Below, piece after piece: positions 7,928-16,516 of a stretch of 64,000 nucleotides of DNA. The stretch is from the NCBI GenBank assembly GCA_963663195.1, contig OY760136.1, forward strand, positions 4,030,300 to 4,094,299. The letters are read 5' to 3'. The position numbers and the translations under genes were made by a program. How positions within the stretch are numbered: position 1 is the stretch's first letter; the number at the start of each line of letters is the position of its first letter. The notes below the pieces were generated by a model that made no database searches, was not told the origin of the DNA, and saw only the letters and a program-made list of their open reading frames with translations. The stretch is from Vicinamibacterales bacterium (lineage in GTDB: Bacteria; Acidobacteriota; Vicinamibacteria; Vicinamibacterales; UBA8438).

Positions 7928-10120
7928 ATGAATCATCGAGCGCTTCGACTGCTGGGGACGGTTGCGGCCGTTATCGTCGCCGTCTCGCCCGTCCCGTCGC
8001 GCGCCGAGGCCCAACCGCGGGCGGCGGCGGAAGCGACGACACCGCGGACGCCCTGGGGCGATCCGGATCTGCAGGGGATCTGGAACAACGGCACCATCAC
8101 GCCGCTGGAGCGCCCGGCGGATCGGGCCGACCAGGCATTCCTGGACGCGGAGGAATTGGCCGCGGTCGAGCGGCAGGCCCGCGATCGCGTGGACCGGGAA
8201 AACGCGCCGAGCGCGCAAACCGGGCTGCTGCCGGTGGGCGGCAACGTCGGTGCATACAACAGCTACTGGACGGAGCAGAACACGTCGGTCGTCGGCACCA
8301 TGCGCACGTCGCTGATCACCGATCCCGCGGACGGCCGGCTGCCTGCCCTGACCCCGGAGGCCCTCGCCCGGATCACGTCACCGGAGTGGCGGCGGCTGGC
8401 CGACGTGCAGCAGGGGCGCGTCCCCGCCGACGGACCGGAGGAAATGGGACTGAGCGAGCGCTGCCTCTGGTACCGCGGAATCCCGTCGATCCCGACCGGA
8501 TACAACAACAACTACCACTTCCTGCAGATTCCCGGCGCCGTCGTGATTCTGCAGGAGCACATCCACGATCTGCGTCTCATCTTTCTGGACGAACGGCCGC
8601 ATCTCCCGGCGCGCATCCGTCAGTTCGCAGGCAGTTCGCGCGGGCACTGGGAGGGCGACACGCTCGTCGTCGAAACCACCAACCTGCGGGAACCGTTCAT
8701 CCGCCGCTGGGTCCGTCCGGAGCACTCCCTGTCACGAGGCAGACTCAGCGAGGCCGCGCGCGTGACCGAACGCTTCACGCGTATCGGCCCCGACACGCTC
8801 GACTACCAGTTCACCATCGACGACCCGGAGACGTGGACGCGGCCGTGGTCGGGCGCCCTGCCCTATACACGCACGGACGGACCGATGTTCGAGTTCGCGT
8901 GTCACGAAGGGAACTACGGGCTGCTGAACATCCTGGCCGGCTCGCGCGCGGAGGAGCGGGCCGAAAGGAGGCGGGAATCCGGATCCCTCACGGCCGGGTC
9001 GGCGGTCGCGCAGGCCGGGCAGCTCCCCGACGACGTTCACCCCGTAACGCGCAACCGCCTGCCGCCGATCGACCGCACGGAACTCGATGCCGAGCGGCGC
9101 GCGGCGTACGACGCGGCGGCGGCGAGCCCGTCCGGAGCGCCCACCGGCGCCGCGGCCCTGCGCCTGCACGGCTCGGGCACCCTCCTGCGGTGGGAGGCTC
9201 CGCTGGGACGACGCCTGATTGAGCTGACCATCCTGACCGCGGCGCGCGAGCTCGACCAACCGTTCGAATGGGCGCTGCACGAGATCGAGGCGATCGCCGT
9301 CGGGCTCGAGGACGAAATCATCGACATCGTTCGGCACCGTAAGCCGATTGCCGCGCTGCCTCCGCGCGAAGCGATCATCGTCGAGGTCGGCAGGGAGTTG
9401 TTCGGCACGCGCTCGCTGGCCGCCGACACCTACGCGCGGGCGCTGCGGCTGCTGGGCAAGACCAATCTCGTCGACGTCATCGACACGCTGGCCCGCTACG
9501 CCATGGTCGGGGCCGAGCTCACCGGGTTCAATCAGCGGATGCCCGCCGGCTGGCGGCAGTCTCTGCCGCTGCCGTTCACCCATCCGGACGACATCCATCC
9601 CGACTCGCGCAGCCGGCTGCCGCTAAGAAGCGCCGAGACCACGAGCACGGCGTCGGTGCTGTACGGGCGGTTGCTGTCGCCCTCCGGACTCGGTCCCAAC
9701 GCCATCCGGACCTACGGCGCGGGGCAGGAAACACTGGAAGGACGGGTGGGACGGCGGATCATGCAGCTGGCGATTCTGGTGACGGCAAGAGCGCACGACT
9801 CGCAGTACGAATGGACCCTCAACGAGTCGCCGTCCCGCGAGGCCGGCCTGGATGCGGAGCTGATCGACATCGTCCGTAACGGCCTGGCGCTGGACGGAGT
9901 CGACGAGAAGGACGCCGCCCTGATTGCGTTCGGCCGCGAGATGTTCGGCGACCACAATGTCAGCGCCGCGACCTACGCGCGCGCGGAGCGCGCGTTCGGC
10001 GTGCAGGATCTGGTGGACATCGTGCGCCTGATGGGCGAGCACGCGGCCGAAGCGATTGTGCTGCAGGGCTTCGACCAGCAATTGCCCGAGGGCGTCGAGC
10101 CGCTGCTTCCGCTGCGGTAG
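7928..10120 (+). CDS. Family paralogue P1: exported family domain fused to two tandem carboxymuconolactone decarboxylase (CMD/AhpD-like) domains
   Basis: ATG 7928 follows GAGAGG, inside the artefactual ORF 5135..10120. The protein has a signal peptide (MNHRALRLLGTVAAVIVAVSPVPSRAEA), then TPWGDPDLQGIWNN, TPLERP, RTSLITDPADGRLP, GHWEGDTLVVETTNL and FEFACHEGNYG. Two repeats of the CMD-type pattern follow (..RLIELTILTAARELDQPFEWALHE.. and ..RIMQLAILVTARAHDSQYEWTLNE..). Confidence 0.85.
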   Translation: MNHRALRLLGTVAAVIVAVSPVPSRAEAQPRAAAEATTPRTPWGDPDLQGIWNNGTITPLERPADRADQAFLDAEELAAVERQARDRVDRENAPSAQTGLLPVGGNVGAYNSYWTEQNTSVVGTMRTSLITDPADGRLPALTPEALARITSPEWRRLADVQQGRVPADGPEEMGLSERCLWYRGIPSIPTGYNNNYHFLQIPGAVVILQEHIHDLRLIFLDERPHLPARIRQFAGSSRGHWEGDTLVVETTNLREPFIRRWVRPEHSLSRGRLSEAARVTERFTRIGPDTLDYQFTIDDPETWTRPWSGALPYTRTDGPMFEFACHEGNYGLLNILAGSRAEERAERRRESGSLTAGSAVAQAGQLPDDVHPVTRNRLPPIDRTELDAERRAAYDAAAASPSGAPTGAAALRLHGSGTLLRWEAPLGRRLIELTILTAARELDQPFEWALHEIEAIAVGLEDEIIDIVRHRKPIAALPPREAIIVEVGRELFGTRSLAADTYARALRLLGKTNLVDVIDTLARYAMVGAELTGFNQRMPAGWRQSLPLPFTHPDDIHPDSRSRLPLRSAETTSTASVLYGRLLSPSGLGPNAIRTYGAGQETLEGRVGRRIMQLAILVTARAHDSQYEWTLNESPSREAGLDAELIDIVRNGLALDGVDEKDAALIAFGREMFGDHNVSAATYARAERAFGVQDLVDIVRLMGEHAAEAIVLQGFDQQLPEGVEPLLPLR

Positions 10121-10150
10121 TCGGACCGAGGAGAGGACCGGGAGGTGCGC

Positions 10151-11368
10151 ATGCGGGTTGGGTCTTCCGTTGTTTCCGCCGCGTCTGTGCTGCTATGCCT
10201 GGCCGCGCTCGGTTATGCGCAGGAGGAAGCGCCTATCGGCGTGCCGGTGCCGCCGCTCGGCGACGGCCCCTGGGTCATCGATACCGCTGAACAGCACAAG
10301 ACCCGGGTCAGCGTCGTGGCCAGGGGTCTGGAGAATCCCTGGGCCATCGCCTTCCTGCCGGACGGCGCCATGCTGGTCACCGAGCGATCGGGCCGCCTGC
10401 GCATCGTTCGCCGCGGCGCGCTCGACCCGCAACCCGTCTCCGGCGTGCCGCAGGTCCGGACCGACGGCAACGGGGGCCTCATGGACGTGGCCGTCCATCC
10501 CGAATTCGCTGACAACGGGCTGGTCTATCTCACTTACACGAGGCGGCACGACGACGGCCGCGGCGCGCCGGCGCTCGCGCGGGGACGGCTGGCGGGGCAC
10601 GCGCTCCATGACCTCGAAGACCTGGTCACGACCGAGCCCTTCCACTCCAACGCGGGACTCAACGGACGGGTCGCCTTCGGCCGCGACGGCAAGGTCTACA
10701 TGTCCACCGGGGGCCGCATCCTGTCCCCGGATGGCGATCTCCTCGACACGCCGCAGGATCCCGGCAGCCTGCGCGGCAAGGTGCTGCGCCTCAACGACGA
10801 CGGCTCCGCGCCGGACGACAACCCCTTCGTGAACGAGCCGGGCCATCGGCCGGAGATCTACACGATTGGGCATCGCAACACGCTCGGCCTCATGCTGCAC
10901 CCGGAGACCGGCGACATCTGGCAGCACGAGAACGGTCCCAACGGCGGCGACGAGCTGAACGTCCTCCTGCCGGGCCGCAACTACGGCTGGCCGCTGATGA
11001 GCTTCGGTCGTCTCTATCCCGGCGCGCGCGTATCCGAGCATCCGACGCGCGAGGGCTACGAGTCGCCGCTCGTCGTCTGGCTACCCGCCATCGCGGCCGC
11101 CGGCATGGCCGTATACACGGGCGATCGGTTCGCGGCGTGGAAGGGCAACCTGTTCGTCGGCTCCCTGCAGCAGGGCGGGATTCCGGGCACCGGACACCTG
11201 CAGCGCATCGTGTTCAACGAGAACATGGAGGAGCTGCGGCGCGAGACCATGCTGACGGAGCTGCGGCAACGCATCCGCGAAGTTCGCGAAGGACCCGACG
11301 GGTTGCTTTACCTGCTTACGGACCACGACGACGACGGCGCGCTGCTGCGTATCGAGCCCGCTCCGTGA
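10151..11368 (+). CDS. PQQ-dependent sugar dehydrogenase (soluble glucose/sorbosone dehydrogenase, YliI-like)
   Basis: Signal peptide followed by motifs ..LENPWAIAFLPDG.., ..GKVLRLNDDGSAPDDNPF.., ..IYTIGHRNTLG.. and ..GGDELNVLLPGRNYGWP.. ATG 10151 follows GGGAGG; the track's GTG at 10145 is an alternative start. Confidence 0.85.
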   Translation: MRVGSSVVSAASVLLCLAALGYAQEEAPIGVPVPPLGDGPWVIDTAEQHKTRVSVVARGLENPWAIAFLPDGAMLVTERSGRLRIVRRGALDPQPVSGVPQVRTDGNGGLMDVAVHPEFADNGLVYLTYTRRHDDGRGAPALARGRLAGHALHDLEDLVTTEPFHSNAGLNGRVAFGRDGKVYMSTGGRILSPDGDLLDTPQDPGSLRGKVLRLNDDGSAPDDNPFVNEPGHRPEIYTIGHRNTLGLMLHPETGDIWQHENGPNGGDELNVLLPGRNYGWPLMSFGRLYPGARVSEHPTREGYESPLVVWLPAIAAAGMAVYTGDRFAAWKGNLFVGSLQQGGIPGTGHLQRIVFNENMEELRRETMLTELRQRIREVREGPDGLLYLLTDHDDDGALLRIEPAP

Positions 11369-11403
11369 GCCCTGCGCGCGACGCACCCGCGATTCCGCAC
11401 GCC

Positions 11404-12177
11404 ATGCGCGTCGTGAGCTGGAACGTCAACGGCTTGCGCGCTTGCGCGCGAAAGGGGTTCCTGCAGTTTCTGGCGGTCTCCGGCGCCGACATCATCGGCC
11501 TGCAGGAAGTGCGCGCGTTCGAGCACCAGCTGGATCCGGAGGTGCGGACGCCGCCCGGCTGGCATACCACGTTTGCGCCCGCCGAGCGGCCCGGCTACAG
11601 CGGCGTGGCCATCTACTCGCGCCAGCCGCCCACCAGCGTGGAATCGTCGCTGGGCGAGCCGCGTTTCGACACCGAGGGACGGATTCTCATCGCCCGATTC
11701 GAGCGGTTGACGGTGGCGTCAGTCTACTTTCCCAAGGGCAGCGGCCGGGATCGCGACAACAGCCGCGTGCCCTACAAGCTGGACTTCTACGCCGCGGTCT
11801 TCGACCGCCTGCAGCGGCTCCGGCGCCGCGGGCCGGTGCTGGTCATCGGCGACTACAACACCGCGCACGAGCCGATCGACCTGGCGCGTCCCGCGTCCAA
11901 TGCGAAGACCAGCGGCTTCCTCCCCGAGGAACGCGCCGAAATGTCGCGCTGGCTGCAGGCCGGCTGGGTGGACACCTTTCGCGCCCGCCACGCCGGCGAG
12001 CCGGGCCACTACAGCTGGTGGCGGCAGTGGGGCGGGGCGCGCGAACGGAACATAGGCTGGCGGATCGACTACGTGCTCGCCTCGCCCGCGGCGGCCCGGC
12101 GCGTTCGGGACGCCTTCATATGGCCGGAAGCAACCGGCTCCGACCACTGCCCCGTCGGCGTCGACCTGGCGTTGTGA
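11404..12177 (+). CDS. xth: Exodeoxyribonuclease III
   Basis: MRVVSWNVNGLRA..GLQE..DYNTAHEPIDL..WRIDYVLAS..GSDHCPV matches the canonical EEP/Xth motifs. The true start lies inside the longer ORF 11137..12177. Confidence 0.9.
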   Translation: MRVVSWNVNGLRACARKGFLQFLAVSGADIIGLQEVRAFEHQLDPEVRTPPGWHTTFAPAERPGYSGVAIYSRQPPTSVESSLGEPRFDTEGRILIARFERLTVASVYFPKGSGRDRDNSRVPYKLDFYAAVFDRLQRLRRRGPVLVIGDYNTAHEPIDLARPASNAKTSGFLPEERAEMSRWLQAGWVDTFRARHAGEPGHYSWWRQWGGARERNIGWRIDYVLASPAAARRVRDAFIWPEATGSDHCPVGVDLAL

Positions 12178-12247
12178 ATGGCGGGCGCGCGCCGCGGGCG
12201 GCAGGTGTAGAATCGGGACTTTCCCGTCCCGTTACCGAAGGAGGACC

Positions 12248-13513
12248 ATGGCTCGCCACCTGGCCCGCATTTCTCACCAGCCTTCTGCTGCGGCCGCCGA
12301 TCCGCGCGCTGTGGCGGGCCGTACTCCCTCACGCCGCTTCGACGTAGTTACGACTACGCCTGCAGCGGCATCTGCTAGATGGGGCTGCGCCCCAAACCCC
12401 CGGCGGCTGCTTGCGGGGTCCCCTTCGCCCCGCGCCGCTGCCGCCGGGCCGCGCCGTGCGCGGCTGTCGTTCGATCCGTCCCGGCGCCTCGACGCCCTCG
12501 CGACGAACGCTGGTGAGAAATGCGGGCTGGCTCTGCTCGGCGCGTTGTTGATGCTTCCGGTGGGGTTGCACGCGCAATCCGGCGCGGCGGGGCAGCGCAC
12601 CCCGTGGGGCGACCCCGATCTGCAGGCGGTCTGGACCAGCTCCACGCTCACGCCGCTCGAACGGCCGGCCGGGATGGCCGGCAAGGCGGCGCTCAGCGAG
12701 GAGGAAGCCGCGGCGTCCACGGCGCTCGAGTTGCGGCGCATCGACGGCGACCAGCGCGCGGGAACGGGCCGCGGAGACCGCCAGACCGACACGCCCGACG
12801 GGCGCACCGACGTCGGCCGCGCCTACAACGAATTCTGGCGCGAGCGGGGCCGCATGCTCCGGCAGACCTCGCTGATCGTTGATCCGCCGGACGGGCGCAT
12901 CCCGTACAAGCCGGGCGCGCGCCCCACGGAGTCGCCCTATCACGGCGGCGTGGGCGAGTTCCCGGCCGGCCCGGAAACCCGCGGCCTCGCCGAGCGCTGC
13001 ATCGCCTGGGGCAGCGCCGGACCGCCGATGCAGCCGACGACCTACAACAGCAACTTCCAGCTGCTCCAGACGCCGGACCACGTGGCGATCGTCAACGAGA
13101 TGATCCACGACGTGCGCATCGTGCCGCTGGACGGGCGGCCGCACGTCCGTGCCGGCATTCGCCAGCTGCTGGGCGACTCCCGAGGACGCTGGGAAGGCGA
13201 TACGCTGGTCGTCACGACAGCGAACTTCACGGACAAGACGCGCTTCGCGGGGTCCGGCGCGGGACTCGACCTGGTTGAGCGCTTCACCCGCGTCGACGAC
13301 GACACGCTGCTGTACGAGTACACCGTGCGGGACGATTCCGCTTGGGCGCAGCCCTGGACCGCCTCATGGCCGCTCAGCACGCTGCAGTCGGCGATCGGCT
13401 CGGAACCCGGCAGCGCAGGCGCGCACCTGTTCGAATATGCCTGCCATGAGGGCAACTACGGAATGACCAACCTGCTGGCGGGTGCGCGCGCCCTCGAACC
13501 GGCGCGAGACTGA
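12248..13513 (+). CDS. Family paralogue P2, with a MITE-like element inserted in frame in the signal-peptide coding region
   Basis: AGGAGG lies 3 nt upstream of ATG 12248. Codons 6-94 are repeat-derived. The rest reads [79 protein letters not shown]. It is unclear whether the product is still exported. Confidence 0.7.
   Translation: MARHLARISHQPSAAAADPRAVAGRTPSRRFDVVTTTPAAASARWGCAPNPRRLLAGSPSPRAAAAGPRRARLSFDPSRRLDALATNAGEKCGLALLGALLMLPVGLHAQSGAAGQRTPWGDPDLQAVWTSSTLTPLERPAGMAGKAALSEEEAAASTALELRRIDGDQRAGTGRGDRQTDTPDGRTDVGRAYNEFWRERGRMLRQTSLIVDPPDGRIPYKPGARPTESPYHGGVGEFPAGPETRGLAERCIAWGSAGPPMQPTTYNSNFQLLQTPDHVAIVNEMIHDVRIVPLDGRPHVRAGIRQLLGDSRGRWEGDTLVVTTANFTDKTRFAGSGAGLDLVERFTRVDDDTLLYEYTVRDDSAWAQPWTASWPLSTLQSAIGSEPGSAGAHLFEYACHEGNYGMTNLLAGARALEPARD
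12264..12526. mobile_element. MITE-like repeat, copy A (full composite: long arm + structured central module + short arm)
   Basis: An 18-bp perfect terminal inverted repeat is present (CCCGCATTTCTCACCAGC at 12264-12281, GCTGGTGAGAAATGCGGG at 12509-12526). It is flanked by a direct CTGG (12260-12263 and 12527-12530). The arms match copies B and C in inverted orientation. Confidence 0.8.
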
Positions 13514-13536
13514 AACCCGTCGCCCGCCGGGCCGTC

Positions 13537-15225
13537 TCAGTCGCGCAGGGCGAAGGTCGTGAGGACGTGGCCGGAGATGACGGCGACGTACTGCTTGCCG
13601 TCCACCTCGTAGGTCATCGGGCCGTTCACGATGTGGCTGCCCAGGCTGGCCTTCCACAGCAGGTCCCCGCTGCGGGCGTCGAGCGCCTGGAAATAGCCTG
13701 ATCGGGCGCCGGTGAACAGCAGGTCCGAGGCGGTCGCCAGGATGCCGCTGCGGATGACGTCCGTCATCTCGAACTTCCACTTCTGCTCGCCGGTCAGCGC
13801 GTCCAGCGCCAGCACGGCGCCCCTGCCGGCGGCCTCGGTCCAGTCGTTGATGGGACCGCGGGACAGGCCCGGCGGGATCGGCGCATCGGGCACCGGTTGG
13901 TACGTTCGCGGAAAGTCCATGTTGCGCCCCACGAACGCGCGGCCCGGGACGTACACCTGCGGCGCGCCGTCGAAGACCGTCGCGTAATCCTCCCAGGTGG
14001 CGACGTAGAACAGCTCAGTCCGCGGGCTGAAGGCCGGCGAATTCCAGTTGGTCGCACCGGCTATCCCCGGATAGGTCGGCGCACCGGGAGGCTGCGGCGT
14101 CTCGACCGGACGCCCGCTGTCGTCCAGGCCCTCCGCCCAGTTCAGCGATGTGAACGGCACGCCGCTCAGGAAGCGGCCCGTCGCCCGGTCCAGCACGTAG
14201 TAGAACCCGTTGCGGTTCGCCCACAGCATCACCTTGAACAGGTTGCCGCCGCGCTCGATGTCCGCCAGTACCGGGATCTGCACCGCGTCGTAGTCGTACA
14301 GGTCGTCCGGTGTGAACTGGAAGTGCCAACGGATCTCGCCGGTGTCCGCGTCGAGCGCCACGACCGAGCAACTGTAGAGGTTGTCGCCCGGCCGCTGCGC
14401 CCGGTTGTAGTCCGGACCGGGGTTGCCGATGCCCCAGTACGTCAGGTTCAGCTGCGGGTCGTACGAACCGGTCAACCAGGCGGCCGCGCCGCCGTGCTTC
14501 CACGCCTCCGGGTCGCAGTACGTCTCGGGATTCGGCGGGCACGCCTCCCACGTCTCGTGGCCGGGCTCACCGGGACCCGGAATCGTATGGAAGCGCCAGG
14601 CCTCTTCGCCCGTCTCGGCGTCCAGCGCCGCGATGAATCCGCGGATGCCCTGGTCACCGCCGGTCGAGCCGACCAGCACCTTGTCCTTGATGGCCAGCGG
14701 CGCCAGCGTGAAGGCGTACGCCAGGTTCTTGTCTGCCATCTCCACGTCCCACAACTCGGCGCCGGTCGCCGCGTCGAGCGCAACGACGTGCGCGTCGAGC
14801 GTGGCCATGAACACGCGCTCGCCGAGCACCGCCACGCCGCGGTTGTTCGCCCCGCAGCAGGCCCGGTGGTCCGAGGGCGTCGGATAGTTGTAGACCCAGT
14901 AGACGCGCCCGGTCCTGGCGTCGAGCGCGACGATGTCGTTGGGCCGCTGTGTCAGGTACATCACGCCGTCGACGACGATTGGTGAAGCCTGCCACGTTCC
15001 GGCCACCGACGTCTGGTACACCCACTCCAGCGCGAGGTCGCCGACGTTGGCCGGCGTGATCTGCTCGAGCGCGCTGTAGCGCTGGCTGAAGTAGCCGCCC
15101 GAATAGGTCAGCCAGTTCTGCGGCTCGTCGGCCGCTCGGACCAGGCGGTCGGAGGATACCTGCGCGGACAGGCCGGCAGAGAGCAGCGCACCCATCGCCA
15201 CGGCCCACAGCGCGCGCCGGAGCAT
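13537..15225 (-). CDS. PQQ-dependent dehydrogenase (methanol/ethanol-family 8-bladed propeller), paralogue 1
   Basis: The start MLRRALWAV is at 15225, inside ORF 13537..15735. After a signal peptide come NWLTYSGGYFSQRYSALEQITPANV, the vicinal ACCGANNRGVA, YDYDAVQIPVL and the W-repeat structure. It is about 80% identical by eye to the 30449..32143 product. Confidence 0.88.
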   Translation of the reverse strand: MLRRALWAVAMGALLSAGLSAQVSSDRLVRAADEPQNWLTYSGGYFSQRYSALEQITPANVGDLALEWVYQTSVAGTWQASPIVVDGVMYLTQRPNDIVALDARTGRVYWVYNYPTPSDHRACCGANNRGVAVLGERVFMATLDAHVVALDAATGAELWDVEMADKNLAYAFTLAPLAIKDKVLVGSTGGDQGIRGFIAALDAETGEEAWRFHTIPGPGEPGHETWEACPPNPETYCDPEAWKHGGAAAWLTGSYDPQLNLTYWGIGNPGPDYNRAQRPGDNLYSCSVVALDADTGEIRWHFQFTPDDLYDYDAVQIPVLADIERGGNLFKVMLWANRNGFYYVLDRATGRFLSGVPFTSLNWAEGLDDSGRPVETPQPPGAPTYPGIAGATNWNSPAFSPRTELFYVATWEDYATVFDGAPQVYVPGRAFVGRNMDFPRTYQPVPDAPIPPGLSRGPINDWTEAAGRGAVLALDALTGEQKWKFEMTDVIRSGILATASDLLFTGARSGYFQALDARSGDLLWKASLGSHIVNGPMTYEVDGKQYVAVISGHVLTTFALRD

Positions 15226-15227
15226 TG

Positions 15228-16301
15228 CTAACGAACCTTCGCCGCGGCGGCCTCTGCCGCCATCCGCTCGAGGTTGCGATTGATCTCGAGGATGTGCCGG
15301 ATGTCGTGGTTGCCCTCGTGGCAGCCGTATTCGAACATCGGCCCCTCGGTCTTGATCATCGGCACCTCGGCGCTCCAGGAGCTGGTCCAGGTGGTCGGAT
15401 CGGAGATCGTGAACTCGTAGTGGATCTGGGTCTCGCCGACGCGGCTGAACCGTTCCACCACGTGCCGGAACCCGGAGGACCCGCGGTAGCTGCGCTTGTC
15501 GACGTCGACGAAGTTCTTCGATTCGACGACCAGGGTGTCGCCGTCCCAATAACCGCGCGAGGCGCCGCCGTACTGCGGCACACCCCCCGGGAGGTGCGGG
15601 CGTCCGTCGAGCGGAATGATTCGCGGCAGGGTAGTACCGAGCTCCGTGAACACGACGACGTAGTCCGAAGTCTGGAAAATCTGATGGATGTCGTTGTAAG
15701 ACGGCGGCAGGATCGGCGGCCCTTCGTGCCGCCACGCGATGCAGCGTTCGGGCAACGGGCGCGTCTCGTGGCTGTCGAATACGCTGCGCATGGCCTGTTC
15801 GTGGGCAATGCGGGCCGCGCCGGCCGGCGTCAGCGGCGGAATCCGGCCATTGGGCGGATCCGTGATCAGCGACGTGCGCCGGGTCGACAACCCCTTGGGC
15901 ACCTCAGTGCGGAGCCAGACCGTATTGTCGTAGTGCACGTACGACGGGTCGCGGTTGACCTGGTACAGGCCCCGCTCCCGCTCCTCCGCGTCCTCCAGGA
16001 TCGCGGCGTCGCGCGCCAGCGGATCGACCCCGTCGGCTGTGAGCTGCGCCTGCAGCTCCGCGAACTCCTCTTCCGAATAGAACGCCTTGTCTCCCAGGTA
16101 GGCGGGGCGTTCGATCGGCGTGAACGTCTGGGTGGTCCAGTACCCCTGGAGATCCGGATGACCGTCCGGCGTGCGCGGCAACGTCCAGTCCGCGGCCTCG
16201 TCCGCGGCGTGCTCGCCCACAGCCTGCGCGGCAGCCGACAAGGGCGCCGACAACCCGACCGCAACGATCGCCGCCAGTGCGGCGAGAGTAGAGCGGCTCA
16301 T
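15228..16301 (-). CDS. Family paralogue P3 (TPDGHPDLQGYW subtype), co-transcribed with a PQQ dehydrogenase
   Basis: GAGGAGGAG lies upstream of ATG 16301. After a signal peptide come PRTPDGHPDLQGYWTT, FTPIERP, RTSLITDPPNGRIPP, ERC, IIPLDGRPHLP, GYWDGDTLVVESKNF and FEYGCHEGNH. The stop is 2 nt from the start of the PQQ-DH gene. Confidence 0.9.
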   Translation of the reverse strand: MSRSTLAALAAIVAVGLSAPLSAAAQAVGEHAADEAADWTLPRTPDGHPDLQGYWTTQTFTPIERPAYLGDKAFYSEEEFAELQAQLTADGVDPLARDAAILEDAEERERGLYQVNRDPSYVHYDNTVWLRTEVPKGLSTRRTSLITDPPNGRIPPLTPAGAARIAHEQAMRSVFDSHETRPLPERCIAWRHEGPPILPPSYNDIHQIFQTSDYVVVFTELGTTLPRIIPLDGRPHLPGGVPQYGGASRGYWDGDTLVVESKNFVDVDKRSYRGSSGFRHVVERFSRVGETQIHYEFTISDPTTWTSSWSAEVPMIKTEGPMFEYGCHEGNHDIRHILEINRNLERMAAEAAAAKVR

Positions 16302-16423
16302 CTGACTCTCCTCCTCAGTGATGGTCCACCGCTGCGCGAACGCCCCAATGATTACGCACGACGCCCCCCCGCGTCAAAACCTGCGCGGGCGCAGGTCTCG
16401 TCTGGCCGAAGCGTACAGGAGGG

Positions 16424-16463
16424 TCAAAAAAAGGGCGTGCCCGGCAGAGCCGGACACGCCCTT
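16424..16463 (-). terminator. Rho-independent terminator downstream of the 16517..19558 receptor gene
   Basis: Read on the minus strand: AAGGGCGTGtCCGGCtctGCCGGgCACGCCCTT followed by TTTTT. This is a roughly 15-bp GC-rich stem with one mismatch and a 3-nt loop, followed by a U-run, about 55 nt after the stop. Confidence 0.8.
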
Positions 16464-16516
16464 GCATACGACAAGACCGACGAATCGTCCGAGCGTCGTC
16501 TAGCGGCGGTCTCGCA

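Noticed and set aside
12379-12516. 45-codon ORF (MGLRPKPPAAACGVPFAPRRC..) inside the central repeat module, starting at the conserved TAGATGG
   Set aside because: The reading frame is not preserved in the other module copies; copies C and D have indels and different stops. The conservation is at the nucleotide and structure level, not the coding level.
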